Program-made: the position numbers and the translations under genes
Notes under the pieces: generated by a model
Told to the model about the DNA's origin: nothing
The model's input: the letters and a program-made list of their open reading frames with translations, nothing else
The model's database searches: none
Assembly (NCBI GenBank): GCA_002501805.1
Contig: DAOI01000004.1
Span: forward strand, 1-60,388
Source of the DNA: Euryarchaeota archaeon UBA463
GTDB taxonomy: Archaea > Thermoplasmatota > Poseidoniia > Poseidoniales > Thalassarchaeaceae
Length of the DNA: 60,388 nt
Direction: 5' to 3'
In this document: positions 18,064 to 26,720 of the stretch, in pieces
How positions within the stretch are numbered: position 1 is the stretch's first letter
How the letters are laid out: each line of letters begins with the position of its first letter

Positions 18064-19001
18064 TTGAAGCACAGAGGAGAGTCAGGCAGAGTGCAATCAG
18101 GATGCTGGCCCAGGAATATTCAGATGCTTCCTTGACTGAGATGGGAGTGGGGGAATATGATCCATCCTTCGTCATTACCAAGCTAGGAGCTAGGGTGAAC
18201 AGGGCTCTAGTTGCAGGCGTGATAGACAGGATGGAGAGAAGAGACGGTGACAGTGGACCAAGTTACTCCGGTCACATCAGGGACCCAACTGGCAACCACG
18301 TATTCAATATCGCCCCATTCCAAGACGAGATGCATGCCGAGGCCGAAGAGCTACTTGCTAGGTTTGAGTCTGGAGATAGATTTCTAATGGCACTAGTGGG
18401 CAAGTCAAGGTGGTTTGAGACCGAGGACGGAGGGGTCTTCACATCCCTAAGGGTCGAGCAGATTGCCATAATAGACAAAGAGAGGTACTCCCGATGGCTA
18501 GTCGAGGCAGCGGAAGCCACTCTAAGGAGAATAAAGGCCTATGATGACTCATCTGGCGTAGAGCCATCTCCCGGTTCTTTGGAAGGAGCCGGAGTCCCCT
18601 CGGATCTCCTCAATGGCATGGCCCAAGCCAGGTCTCATTATCCCGAGTTTGACTCTGAGAACTACAAGGTAGGAGTCTTGCAGGCACTATCGATAGCCTC
18701 TGGAAGATCCAGTATGGCTGAAGCTTCTTCTGTCAGCGCGCCCATGGCCAGTGAAGCTCCTGAGGCCCGAGAACAGCCTACTGTTCAGGCTCCAATAGAG
18801 CCAGTGGGCGATATTTCTTCTACGATAATCAGTGCAATAAAGTCAGCAGACGGGGGAGAAGGTGCTGAGTATGACGCAATTATACTATCATGCGTTCAAT
18901 CTGGATTCTCAAGAGAAGAAGCGGAGGATGCACTCGAGGGCATGAGGGATGTAGATGGCACAATAATTGAGCCAAGGTTTGGATTCTTCCAAGTCCTCTA
19001 G
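18045..19001 (+). CDS. RPA-associated protein (COG3390 family)
   Basis: IRMLAQEYSDA, FVITKLGARVNRALVAGVI, IRDPTGNHVFNIAPFQ, FLMALVGKSRWFETEDGGVFTSLRVEQIA and RWLVEAAEATLRRI follow the haloarchaeal Rpap pattern as I recall it. The start may be GTG 18060, overlapping the rpa stop (ATGTGA). Confidence 0.7.
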   Translation: MGGGNVIEAQRRVRQSAIRMLAQEYSDASLTEMGVGEYDPSFVITKLGARVNRALVAGVIDRMERRDGDSGPSYSGHIRDPTGNHVFNIAPFQDEMHAEAEELLARFESGDRFLMALVGKSRWFETEDGGVFTSLRVEQIAIIDKERYSRWLVEAAEATLRRIKAYDDSSGVEPSPGSLEGAGVPSDLLNGMAQARSHYPEFDSENYKVGVLQALSIASGRSSMAEASSVSAPMASEAPEAREQPTVQAPIEPVGDISSTIISAIKSADGGEGAEYDAIILSCVQSGFSREEAEDALEGMRDVDGTIIEPRFGFFQVL

Positions 19002-20008
19002 TTCTTGCTATTCTGAAGAATAGAGTCCACGACCGCCAGTTTCTCGCTGATCCTATTCTTCGAGACCTCAGAGGAAACTTGCTCCCTCAGGAATGAATTT
19101 CCATTCACCTTGCCGAACTCTCCTATCTTGGCCCCCTTTATCTCTGCGATGTCGGTTGCAACACGTGTTATTCTGGACCTTACTATCTCTTCATTAACTG
19201 GCCACCCTCTTCGCTTAGATAGCCTCAGTAGGAGCTCCTTCTGAGACTCCCCCCATGCTCCTCCGCTACCCCTAAGTATTGTGCCTATGATTCTGTCAAG
19301 GTCCTCCACGAATGTAGAAACGGTTCTGAGGTCTTCTTGTATTACGGGCTCTAAGGTATCTAAACCGAGAATAAGGGAGTCATACGCATCCTCAATGACT
19401 GCAATGGGTGAATCAGAATGAAAATCCGCATCTACAGGCTCAAACTCCTCCTCATTATTGGACAATGCCTCGTTTTCAACGGAACCCAAAGAGAAGTTAA
19501 TTCCATTCCTCTTCAGACTCTTCTTAATCCTCCCCCAGCCATTCAGCTGGTTTGTCAATACCCCAGCCACTCTTCCCATCAGGACAGTCCTATTTCCAGT
19601 GAGGGGGGCTTCCAGCCTCACACACAGCTCATGCAGATCATCTCTATCCATCTCGGCGAGCCTTTCGATAGTCATCCTCCTGGAGTCGAAGTTTAGGTGT
19701 AGCCAGAGTCGTTGCCTCCTCTCTCTTTGGGATCCAGAAGACTTGATTCCGAATACCTTGAGAATTCCCCCCAATTCATTGTGACTCATCGTCTGAATCC
19801 CATCCCAAGAGAGATCTAGGTCTGCTAACACAAGATTCTGAATCAATCTGGCTCTGAGTACCTCTACAGAACCCCCCTTGGATATGTTGCGCGACTCGGC
19901 TAACTCACGTAGCTCAACAAGCCTTCCTCGATAAAGGGAATCCAATGATGACGCATCGTAATTCAATCGTCCACCGCCTTCCCGGCTACTGACAATGGTC
20001 ATATCCAT
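18998..20008 (-). CDS. hypothetical protein with three tandem SAP/HeH-like helix-extended-helix motifs
   Basis: Three SAP-like repeats are spaced ~45 aa apart: LVELRELAESRNISKGGSVEVLRARLIQ, HNELGGILKVFGIKSSGSQRERRQRLWLHL and RDDLHELCVRLEAPLTGNRTVLMGRVAGVL. The C-terminal half is unrecognised. Confidence 0.5.
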   Translation of the reverse strand: MDMTIVSSREGGGRLNYDASSLDSLYRGRLVELRELAESRNISKGGSVEVLRARLIQNLVLADLDLSWDGIQTMSHNELGGILKVFGIKSSGSQRERRQRLWLHLNFDSRRMTIERLAEMDRDDLHELCVRLEAPLTGNRTVLMGRVAGVLTNQLNGWGRIKKSLKRNGINFSLGSVENEALSNNEEEFEPVDADFHSDSPIAVIEDAYDSLILGLDTLEPVIQEDLRTVSTFVEDLDRIIGTILRGSGGAWGESQKELLLRLSKRRGWPVNEEIVRSRITRVATDIAEIKGAKIGEFGKVNGNSFLREQVSSEVSKNRISEKLAVVDSILQNSKN

Positions 20009-20061
20009 TGCGTGCCCGAAGTCACAGAAATATCTGTTTTGAGGGGCTTATTTTGTCGCCA

Positions 20062-21162
20062 CTATTCATCCAGAGAAATGAATGGAGGACTCTCTGGATC
20101 TGTGTGGAAGTCCTTGGGCACATCTCTGGAAACTTCCTTGATGATAGTCTCCCAGTCCCTTAGGGAAGCTATTGTGGCTCTCTCGTGATCGGAATGCCTG
20201 ATGACTCTGTGCAGGCCAATTGTCCTAGCCCCATCCTTGGACAAAAACTCCAATCTTATCTCAACATGAACCTCCTCCTCTATCACTTCGCCATCAGGAT
20301 CCAAGCATACCTGCTCAAGAGTCAGGTCACGAGTGGCCTCCGCCTGCTTAATCAGGGACCTAACCTGGCGGTGCCTGACCAGCACTCCTATTTTCTCAAG
20401 CATTTCTGGGTCCAATGACCCAAGCATAGTATTCTGAACCCACCAACAGGTCTCACCTTCCCTCTCTGATATTTCCTTGGAGATACTATTTGGAAATCGA
20501 TTTCTGGCCAGTAGTACGATGAGGTCCGAGTATGCAGGCGGGAGAAAGTCTGGATCTCCCTCGTTTTGCCCGTCTGGAAGTAGGGAGTGCCTCCGACTTA
20601 CCAGATTCGCACCCTCGTAAATCCCCCTTGGAATTACAAATCCATCTATCTCTCCAGCATCCCTTAGGGCCTCCATCCACTTCGCTTTCATGACTGGATC
20701 AGATGGGGCTTCTTCAATATCCACGATTGAAGCAAATGCATCCGGGTCAAGCACCCTCAGACCACCCCTCGATCTCCTCAGTTGCCTCCTATTCAGCTTA
20801 TTGTCGCAGAGTATAATTGCAAATCCTGGCAAATACTGAATTTTGTTATCTGAAACCAAGACCGGATACGGCCTTAAGGGAGTTCTAGCACCTACTACAT
20901 TGCACCCCGATTGAAGTATCCCCATCATATTGCCATGAACCAGCCCTCCAGGTAGGGCCAGAATGTCGGCATCTCCGGATTCAAGTAGCCCGAGTCCGTT
21001 GGTCAGACTATCTGTGGAAATACTCTCAATATCCAGCCCAGACGAGTGCCCAGAACCGATGAATGAGCCCAACCTTTCCCCTACTGGGCAACTCGGAGAG
21101 TCTAGTGTCGCTATAGTAAGCCGTTCATCCATTGCATCCACCTCAAGGGAGGGAGCACCCAC
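20062..21162 (-). CDS. divergent porphobilinogen deaminase (HemC)-like protein, key catalytic residues apparently replaced
   Basis: By-eye colinearity with HemC: LTIATLDSP (LRIATRxSPLA), LLESGDADILALPGG (LLxxxxDIAVHSMKD), LPGFAIILCDNKLNRRQL (LPxGxxVGTSSLRRxxQL), AGEIDGFVIPRG (xGxYDAIILAxAG), SEREGETCWW (AERAxxxxLEGGCxVP). GTG start at 21162; an alternative ATG is at 21132. Confidence 0.35.
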   Translation of the reverse strand: MGAPSLEVDAMDERLTIATLDSPSCPVGERLGSFIGSGHSSGLDIESISTDSLTNGLGLLESGDADILALPGGLVHGNMMGILQSGCNVVGARTPLRPYPVLVSDNKIQYLPGFAIILCDNKLNRRQLRRSRGGLRVLDPDAFASIVDIEEAPSDPVMKAKWMEALRDAGEIDGFVIPRGIYEGANLVSRRHSLLPDGQNEGDPDFLPPAYSDLIVLLARNRFPNSISKEISEREGETCWWVQNTMLGSLDPEMLEKIGVLVRHRQVRSLIKQAEATRDLTLEQVCLDPDGEVIEEEVHVEIRLEFLSKDGARTIGLHRVIRHSDHERATIASLRDWETIIKEVSRDVPKDFHTDPESPPFISLDE

Positions 21163-21190
21163 TGTGCCCGACTAAGCGCACGCACACTTG

Positions 21191-21199
21191 TTGATATAT
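21191..21199. promoter_or_regulatory. A/T box (TTGATATAT) in a short divergent spacer; candidate shared TATA element
   Basis: The box centre is ~31 nt upstream of ATG 21228 (prenyl synthase) and ~33 nt upstream of GTG 21162 on the other strand. The ATATAT core is palindromic. Confidence 0.3.
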
Positions 21200-21227
21200 G
21201 CGACCCTATTCCTACACACTGATAGTC

Positions 21228-22208
21228 ATGGTATCGAAGCTGTCACTAAAGCGCGGTATCCAGAAGCGTCTGAACGTGTTTGAGGAAGAGCTGGAGGGCC
21301 TGGTGCAAGAGGCAATCTCTTCTAAGGGGGCTCCGGCAATGGATCTAGCTAGGGATGTTCTACTGGCTGGAGGCAAGAGACTCAGGCCTCTTTTGGCCAT
21401 TCTGACATACGAGGCCACTGGTGGAAGAGATATTCGTGAAGTGATGGACCTAGCACTCTCATCAGAGCTGATTCATACCGCTACGCTCATTCACGATGAC
21501 ATATATGACCAGGCACGATTCAGAAGAGGCAGGCCCACAATCCACTCTTCACACGGTCTAGCTCATGCAATAATTGCCGGTGACTATCTCTTTGCATTGG
21601 GTTTTTCGAAAGGGGGCCGCTATGATTTGGATATAGTTGACATGATTGCCAGCTCATGCACAAACATTGCCAGGGGGGAGCTTCAGCAATTCAATCACAT
21701 AGGCGATCTTACAACTACTCCCGAAGACTACTATTCGATAATTGACGGTAAGACAGTAGGCCCATTCGCCACAGGTACGGCGTCGGCGGCATTAGTTGCT
21801 GGGGCCTCGGAGGAGGTTTCGGATATGATGTACGAATTTGGAACTGAATTCGGTAGGGCATTCCAACTAGTCGACGATTTACTAGATTTGACCGGGGACC
21901 CAGAAATGGGCAAGCCGAGAGGTACAGACGTTCATGAGGGTAAGATGACTCTGCCTCTAATTCATGCTCTGACCATACTGCATGGCTCCGAGAGAGAGCA
22001 CCTAGCAGACGTCCTAAACAACTTCAGTGATGATAGATGGAATGAACTGACCTCGCTTCTGGAATTGTCTGGGTCCTTCTCTTACACTAGGCAACTGATT
22101 CAGAATCATGTCGATCGCGCCTTGGAAATTCTTTCAAAACTCCCTCCATCAGATGCTAAGAATCTAATGTTAGAGGTGGCCTTGATATCCAGAAACAGGA
22201 GAGTCTAA
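21228..22208 (+). CDS. trans-polyprenyl diphosphate synthase, medium/long-chain (IspB/HepT-like signature)
   Basis: The first Asp-rich motif is ELIHTATLIHDDIYDQARFRRGRPT, with small residues (Ala, Thr) at positions -5/-4. The second is FQLVDDLLDL. The track start is ATG 21198 inside the A/T box; ATG 21228 (MVSKLSL) is preferred. Confidence 0.8.
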   Translation: MVSKLSLKRGIQKRLNVFEEELEGLVQEAISSKGAPAMDLARDVLLAGGKRLRPLLAILTYEATGGRDIREVMDLALSSELIHTATLIHDDIYDQARFRRGRPTIHSSHGLAHAIIAGDYLFALGFSKGGRYDLDIVDMIASSCTNIARGELQQFNHIGDLTTTPEDYYSIIDGKTVGPFATGTASAALVAGASEEVSDMMYEFGTEFGRAFQLVDDLLDLTGDPEMGKPRGTDVHEGKMTLPLIHALTILHGSEREHLADVLNNFSDDRWNELTSLLELSGSFSYTRQLIQNHVDRALEILSKLPPSDAKNLMLEVALISRNRRV

Positions 22209-22220
22209 TCCGAGGCCACC

Positions 22221-23324
22221 ATGAGTGAAGAATCTGAAATCTGGGATGCCATAGTAATCGGAGGAGGGCCAGCAGGCTCAACAACAGCTCGTTATATCGC
22301 CGAGGGAGGAAAGAGAGTTCTAGTTCTGGATGGCAGAGATTCTATAGGGTCTCCACTTCAGTGTGGGGAGCTAGTTCCGACTAATGATGAGATGAGGAGA
22401 TTATGCCCCAATGTCCCAGATATTGATGATCTCTTGCAGACCCCAGAGGAGGCAATATCCAGAAGAACCACAGAGATGCACATAGTACCCCCCTCAGGGA
22501 GGCCATTGAGATATCCATTCGAAGGGATGATGCTGAATAGGGTCTTCCACGATGAATGGCTGGTCGATCTTGCTTCTTCCAAGGGTGCTGAATATCTCAC
22601 TGGAGCTAGGGTAGAATCTGTAAATGGAGAAACAGTAACACTCAGGGATGGACGAAACTTCCACGGAAAAATTATCGTGGGCGCAGGAGGTCACAATGAT
22701 CCTCTCAGAAGGGCCAGATGGTCTGAATCTTCTCTGAAGATACCAATAAAATTCGTGCTTATGGAAGGTGAATTTGGGGATGCGGTTGAATTACACTTCG
22801 GCTCAATGGCACCAGGGGGATATGCATGGGTTTTTCCCAAGGAAAGAGGGGCAAATATTGGACTTGGAATCCAGAACAAGTTCTCAAAGGGTAGAAGCCT
22901 CAATTCCCTAGCTGAGGGATTCATCTCTAACTTTGAAGGTGATATAACCTTCAGAGGGGCCGGCTCTCTTCCGATGTCCGGATCAATCAAGCAATTCGTC
23001 AAGGGTAACCACCTGCTCGTTGGCGATTCCGCTGGAATGGTCCTCCCCTCAAATGGTGCAGGCATAACAATCGCAATGGTCGGGGGCAGAATAGCAGGCC
23101 AGACCGTCGTGTCGCACCTAGACGAAGGCACGTCTCTGCATCAATATGAGAAGGAGTGGAAGAGGCAGATGGGGTCTGTCATGAGAAACTCGAAATTATC
23201 ATTCAAGATAGGTAGCTGGATAATGAGACTTCCAGACTGGGTGCTTAATCTAGCATTCAATCCAGTTACCAAGCCATTCGTATGGAGATTCGTCACCTGC
23301 CGAAAACCATTCTTCATCTTCTAA
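22221..23324 (+). CDS. geranylgeranyl reductase family FAD-dependent oxidoreductase
   Basis: WDAIVIGGGPAGSTTARYIAEGGKRVLVLD is a dinucleotide fold followed by LQCGELVP. GDSAGMVLPSNGAGI is also present. The ~367 aa length fits. Confidence 0.8.
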   Translation: MSEESEIWDAIVIGGGPAGSTTARYIAEGGKRVLVLDGRDSIGSPLQCGELVPTNDEMRRLCPNVPDIDDLLQTPEEAISRRTTEMHIVPPSGRPLRYPFEGMMLNRVFHDEWLVDLASSKGAEYLTGARVESVNGETVTLRDGRNFHGKIIVGAGGHNDPLRRARWSESSLKIPIKFVLMEGEFGDAVELHFGSMAPGGYAWVFPKERGANIGLGIQNKFSKGRSLNSLAEGFISNFEGDITFRGAGSLPMSGSIKQFVKGNHLLVGDSAGMVLPSNGAGITIAMVGGRIAGQTVVSHLDEGTSLHQYEKEWKRQMGSVMRNSKLSFKIGSWIMRLPDWVLNLAFNPVTKPFVWRFVTCRKPFFIF

Positions 23325-24079
23325 TTCGACTTTCTACCTTGCCAGATAGTGGCCATCCCCGGGAAGACTACCTTAGCTTCGACTTCGCTGAATCCCTGCT
23401 CCCTAATCATCCTGACATAATCCTTGGTAGTTCCAAAACTAACGTAGGTTTTCGTGAGCCACTTCCATGGGTGAGTCTCAGACCTGTACAGCATTCTGGC
23501 ATAGAGGCTCACATAAGTCCTCATCCACAGCCACCCGAGGAAACCATGCAACCGATTTATTTTAGCAGGATCAACTATTACGAACACGCCTCCAGGCTTG
23601 AGAACCCTAAGCGCCTCAGAAATCCCTGCTCTTTTATCATACCAGTCCCTAAATGAGAACAAGGTACACACCGCATCAAAAGAAGAGTCCTCAAATGGTA
23701 ACTCCTCTGCTTTCCCATGGACAAATGTAGCTGGAGAATCACCTCTCCCAGAACGTGCTGAATTAACCCTTTCCTCCGCGACCCTGAGCATCTCTGGAAT
23801 TGGATCAAGGCATACTAAATCGTATCCCAATACATCCTCTGCGAAGCTACCAGGGCCACATCCGATCTCAAGAATCCGTCCTTCCTCTGGGAGTCTATTC
23901 CTGACCATTCTTCTCCATCTGGAGACCTGGCCAAAAGTAGCCACTCTGTTCACTCTATCGTATACTGGAATGGTAGCCTCAAGATTTCTCTGGAGCTCCT
24001 CCCAGTCTTCCTTGCCGATGGTCTCAGTGTCCACGAGACTCCCGCCTGTATGCCATATATTTGGATAGTTCCCGCCCAA
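23321..24079 (-). CDS. ubiE: UbiE/MenG-family (demethylmenaquinone-type) SAM-dependent methyltransferase
   Basis: VYDRVNRVATFGQVSRWRR is the UbiE N-terminal signature and ILEIGCGPG is SAM motif I. FSFRDWYD and LKPGGVFVIVD are also present. Confidence 0.75.
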   Translation of the reverse strand: MGGNYPNIWHTGGSLVDTETIGKEDWEELQRNLEATIPVYDRVNRVATFGQVSRWRRMVRNRLPEEGRILEIGCGPGSFAEDVLGYDLVCLDPIPEMLRVAEERVNSARSGRGDSPATFVHGKAEELPFEDSSFDAVCTLFSFRDWYDKRAGISEALRVLKPGGVFVIVDPAKINRLHGFLGWLWMRTYVSLYARMLYRSETHPWKWLTKTYVSFGTTKDYVRMIREQGFSEVEAKVVFPGMATIWQGRKSN

Positions 24080-24168
24080 GACCTCTCATTCTCAATTGTA
24101 ATTGCGTGGAACTCTCTAGGTTATCATCATAAACTCGGCATAGGTCGCGGACACCGTAGGTGTACAAA

Positions 24169-24486
24169 ATGGGCCGAGAAACAGTCCTCAAGGCAATCAG
24201 GGATGCTGAGAACAAGGCAAGGGAAATAATATCCGATGCGGAGTCCGAGGCTTCAGATATCATAACGAAGGCCAGACTATCAGCAACAGAGATAATCCAA
24301 TCAGGCAGATCAGATTCAGAGTCGAGTAGCCAAGGAATGATTTCCGAGGCAAGGGGCGTTGCAGAAAAGGAAGCCAAGAAAGTCTCCAAAGACGGGGACT
24401 CATCAATCGATTCCATCCACAAGGGGAGCGACGGAAACAGAGAAAAGGCCGTTAAGATAGTCCTGGACTCGTTTAGGGCAAATTAA
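24169..24486 (+). CDS. atpH: A-type ATP synthase subunit H
   Basis: It is the first gene of the atpHIKECFABD order. The helical Ala/Glu-rich sequence VLKAIRDAENKAREIISDAESEASDIITKARLSA fits. AGGTG lies 7 nt upstream of ATG 24169 (the track start is GTG 24160). Confidence 0.75.
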   Translation: MGRETVLKAIRDAENKAREIISDAESEASDIITKARLSATEIIQSGRSDSESSSQGMISEARGVAEKEAKKVSKDGDSSIDSIHKGSDGNREKAVKIVLDSFRAN

Positions 24487-24505
24487 TTTCTGGAGAGTGC
24501 CTCAA

Positions 24506-26671
24506 ATGTCACAGGTTAATACCCAGCAAATGGGAAGATTTGTTGCCGCGGGCACCAAAGATAACCTTAGTGACGCAATAGGGACCTTAGCCAAACTCAA
24601 CGCTCTGCATATCCTAGACTACGATGGTAGTGAAGACGGATTCTCACTGGGCACTCCAGAACCAAGCTCCGAGGAGGTTGGCAGGGCACTGGTCAAGGCT
24701 AGATCAGCAGCCTCAATTATCGATTTCAGCGGTCCAGAGAGTGCAGTACCCACAGGCCCAGTCAGAGATAGCCTGTCTAGAGAACTCCCGAACAAGATTG
24801 ACGAGTTGTTGCAGGCCCAATCCAGGATCGATGAACTCGATAATGAGATTTCATCCATGAGCGAAGAGCAAGGCGCACTCGAGATGGTTGCGTCTTTGGG
24901 ATTAGACATAGAGCTTCTGAGTGGCTATGATTCTCTAGCCTCCTTCGTTGGAACAGTCACGGATCCTCCTCAATTTTCGAATCTCGAAGAATCGCCAATG
25001 GTTTTCAATTCAAAAAGCGGTAAGCACAATCTAGTCGCCGTCTTCACTAAAAATGACAGCTCTGTTGAAGTCTCCAAGTCTCTGGAATCAGTCGGCTTTG
25101 AATCAATACCTCTCCCCTCGGGAGAAGGGTCGCCTACTGAGCGTCTATCAGAGGCCATGAAGCTGAAGAATGACTTGGTAAATGAGAGGGAATCCCTGTC
25201 TGAACAGGTCCAAGAGTGGGTCAGTGAAAATGGGGAAGCACTCGCTTGCGGTCTAGAAGTCCTTGAGAGGGACCATGACGTACTAACCGCTCCCACTAGG
25301 GTCGCGGTATCTGATCACGCCTTCGTCATAGATGGCTGGCTGGTAATGAGCAGGGCGGAAGAAGTCATGAACGCTCTCAAGCCATTCTGCCTGCACACAG
25401 AGGCAAGCCAATTTGAGCTAGTGGCCGGAGGAGGTGGACACGGTCATTCTGACCACCACCACCATCAGGAGATGCCACCCATAGCGTATCAGGAGAGGAG
25501 CACAAGCAAACCGATGGAACTGCTTACCGATGCTGTCGGAAGGCCTGCCTATGGCAGAATTGACCCTACTATTTTCATGATGTTCACTTATCCCTTATTC
25601 TTTGGAATGATGCTCGGTGACATGGCATATGGCCTCATCACCATGGGGGTCGGCTGGATGGTCATCAGGAACTCCGGCACCAATGACATGCTAATGCTCG
25701 GGGGCAAGTTCCTGACATATATCGGATTAGGAACTCTAATTTTCGGCTACATTTATGCAGAATTTGCTGGATGGGAGATTTTCCTTTATGACAAGCTAAC
25801 CTATGCCGATGGAAGCTACATGAAGGACTCGGCCGGGCATTATATGTACAGTGAAAATCTGTCTCCCGTCGCATTCCTTGCAAATCTCTATCCATTCAAT
25901 CTAGACCATGGATATGGGCCCGTAGCAGATATAGGCTACGGAATCACACTCTCATTCCCGTTCCATAGAGTAGGGACCCATCTAGAGGATCTCATAGTCC
26001 TGACCATTTACGTCGGATTCTTCCACATCCTGACGGGTTTGGCCATTGGGTTCAGGGACATCCTCCTCTACGGCAACGGGCACGGAGGGGTAGGGCTTGT
26101 TTGTGCATTCTTTGAGAAGGGTACTTGGATGGCCCTGCTGATCGGGGGCTGGATGTTTGCATACGGATTCCTCGGCGACAATCAGGGTTGGCTTGGTGCA
26201 GAAGAGGCTGAAGCACTTATGGTCCCAGGGGCCGGAATTGTGCTTGTCTCGGTAGTTCTACTAATGTGGACCCTCTACAAGTACCATGGAGTGCCATTCC
26301 CGATTAACGTGGGATTGGCCCCCATTGAAGCAGTTGGTATGATGCCCACGGTGATTTCATATGTCAGGCTATTCGCAGTAGGGATTGTGGGTGTCAAGAT
26401 AGCTGAGACAGGCAATGAGAAGTTATTCGAGCCTCTCGCACATATCTTGGAGGACATGGCCCACGCATCCACTATGGACTTTGTTTCTATTCCTTTACTA
26501 CTACTTGGCTGGTTGGCCGTACAAGCCTTTGCATGGGGCCTAGGCGTTTTCAGTCCAAATATCCACGCCGCCAGACTTCACTTCGTAGAGTGGATGAGGC
26601 AGTATTATGATTCAAGTGGCGAGGAATTCAGACCATTCGGTCTGAAGTCCAAATACGTGGAGGTAGAATAG
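24506..26671 (+). CDS. atpI: A-type ATP synthase subunit I (stator/proton channel a-subunit)
   Basis: The ~350 aa cytoplasmic N-domain is followed by a polytopic C-domain, with the conserved Arg context VISYVRLFAVGIV. Operon position also fits. GGAG lies upstream of ATG 24506 (the track start is GTG 24497). Confidence 0.9.
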   Translation: MSQVNTQQMGRFVAAGTKDNLSDAIGTLAKLNALHILDYDGSEDGFSLGTPEPSSEEVGRALVKARSAASIIDFSGPESAVPTGPVRDSLSRELPNKIDELLQAQSRIDELDNEISSMSEEQGALEMVASLGLDIELLSGYDSLASFVGTVTDPPQFSNLEESPMVFNSKSGKHNLVAVFTKNDSSVEVSKSLESVGFESIPLPSGEGSPTERLSEAMKLKNDLVNERESLSEQVQEWVSENGEALACGLEVLERDHDVLTAPTRVAVSDHAFVIDGWLVMSRAEEVMNALKPFCLHTEASQFELVAGGGGHGHSDHHHHQEMPPIAYQERSTSKPMELLTDAVGRPAYGRIDPTIFMMFTYPLFFGMMLGDMAYGLITMGVGWMVIRNSGTNDMLMLGGKFLTYIGLGTLIFGYIYAEFAGWEIFLYDKLTYADGSYMKDSAGHYMYSENLSPVAFLANLYPFNLDHGYGPVADIGYGITLSFPFHRVGTHLEDLIVLTIYVGFFHILTGLAIGFRDILLYGNGHGGVGLVCAFFEKGTWMALLIGGWMFAYGFLGDNQGWLGAEEAEALMVPGAGIVLVSVVLLMWTLYKYHGVPFPINVGLAPIEAVGMMPTVISYVRLFAVGIVGVKIAETGNEKLFEPLAHILEDMAHASTMDFVSIPLLLLGWLAVQAFAWGLGVFSPNIHAARLHFVEWMRQYYDSSGEEFRPFGLKSKYVEVE

Positions 26672-26720
26672 ATCAGATCAGATTCCAAGCATTAGCTTGA
26701 AAACACAAGGAGGAAAAAAT

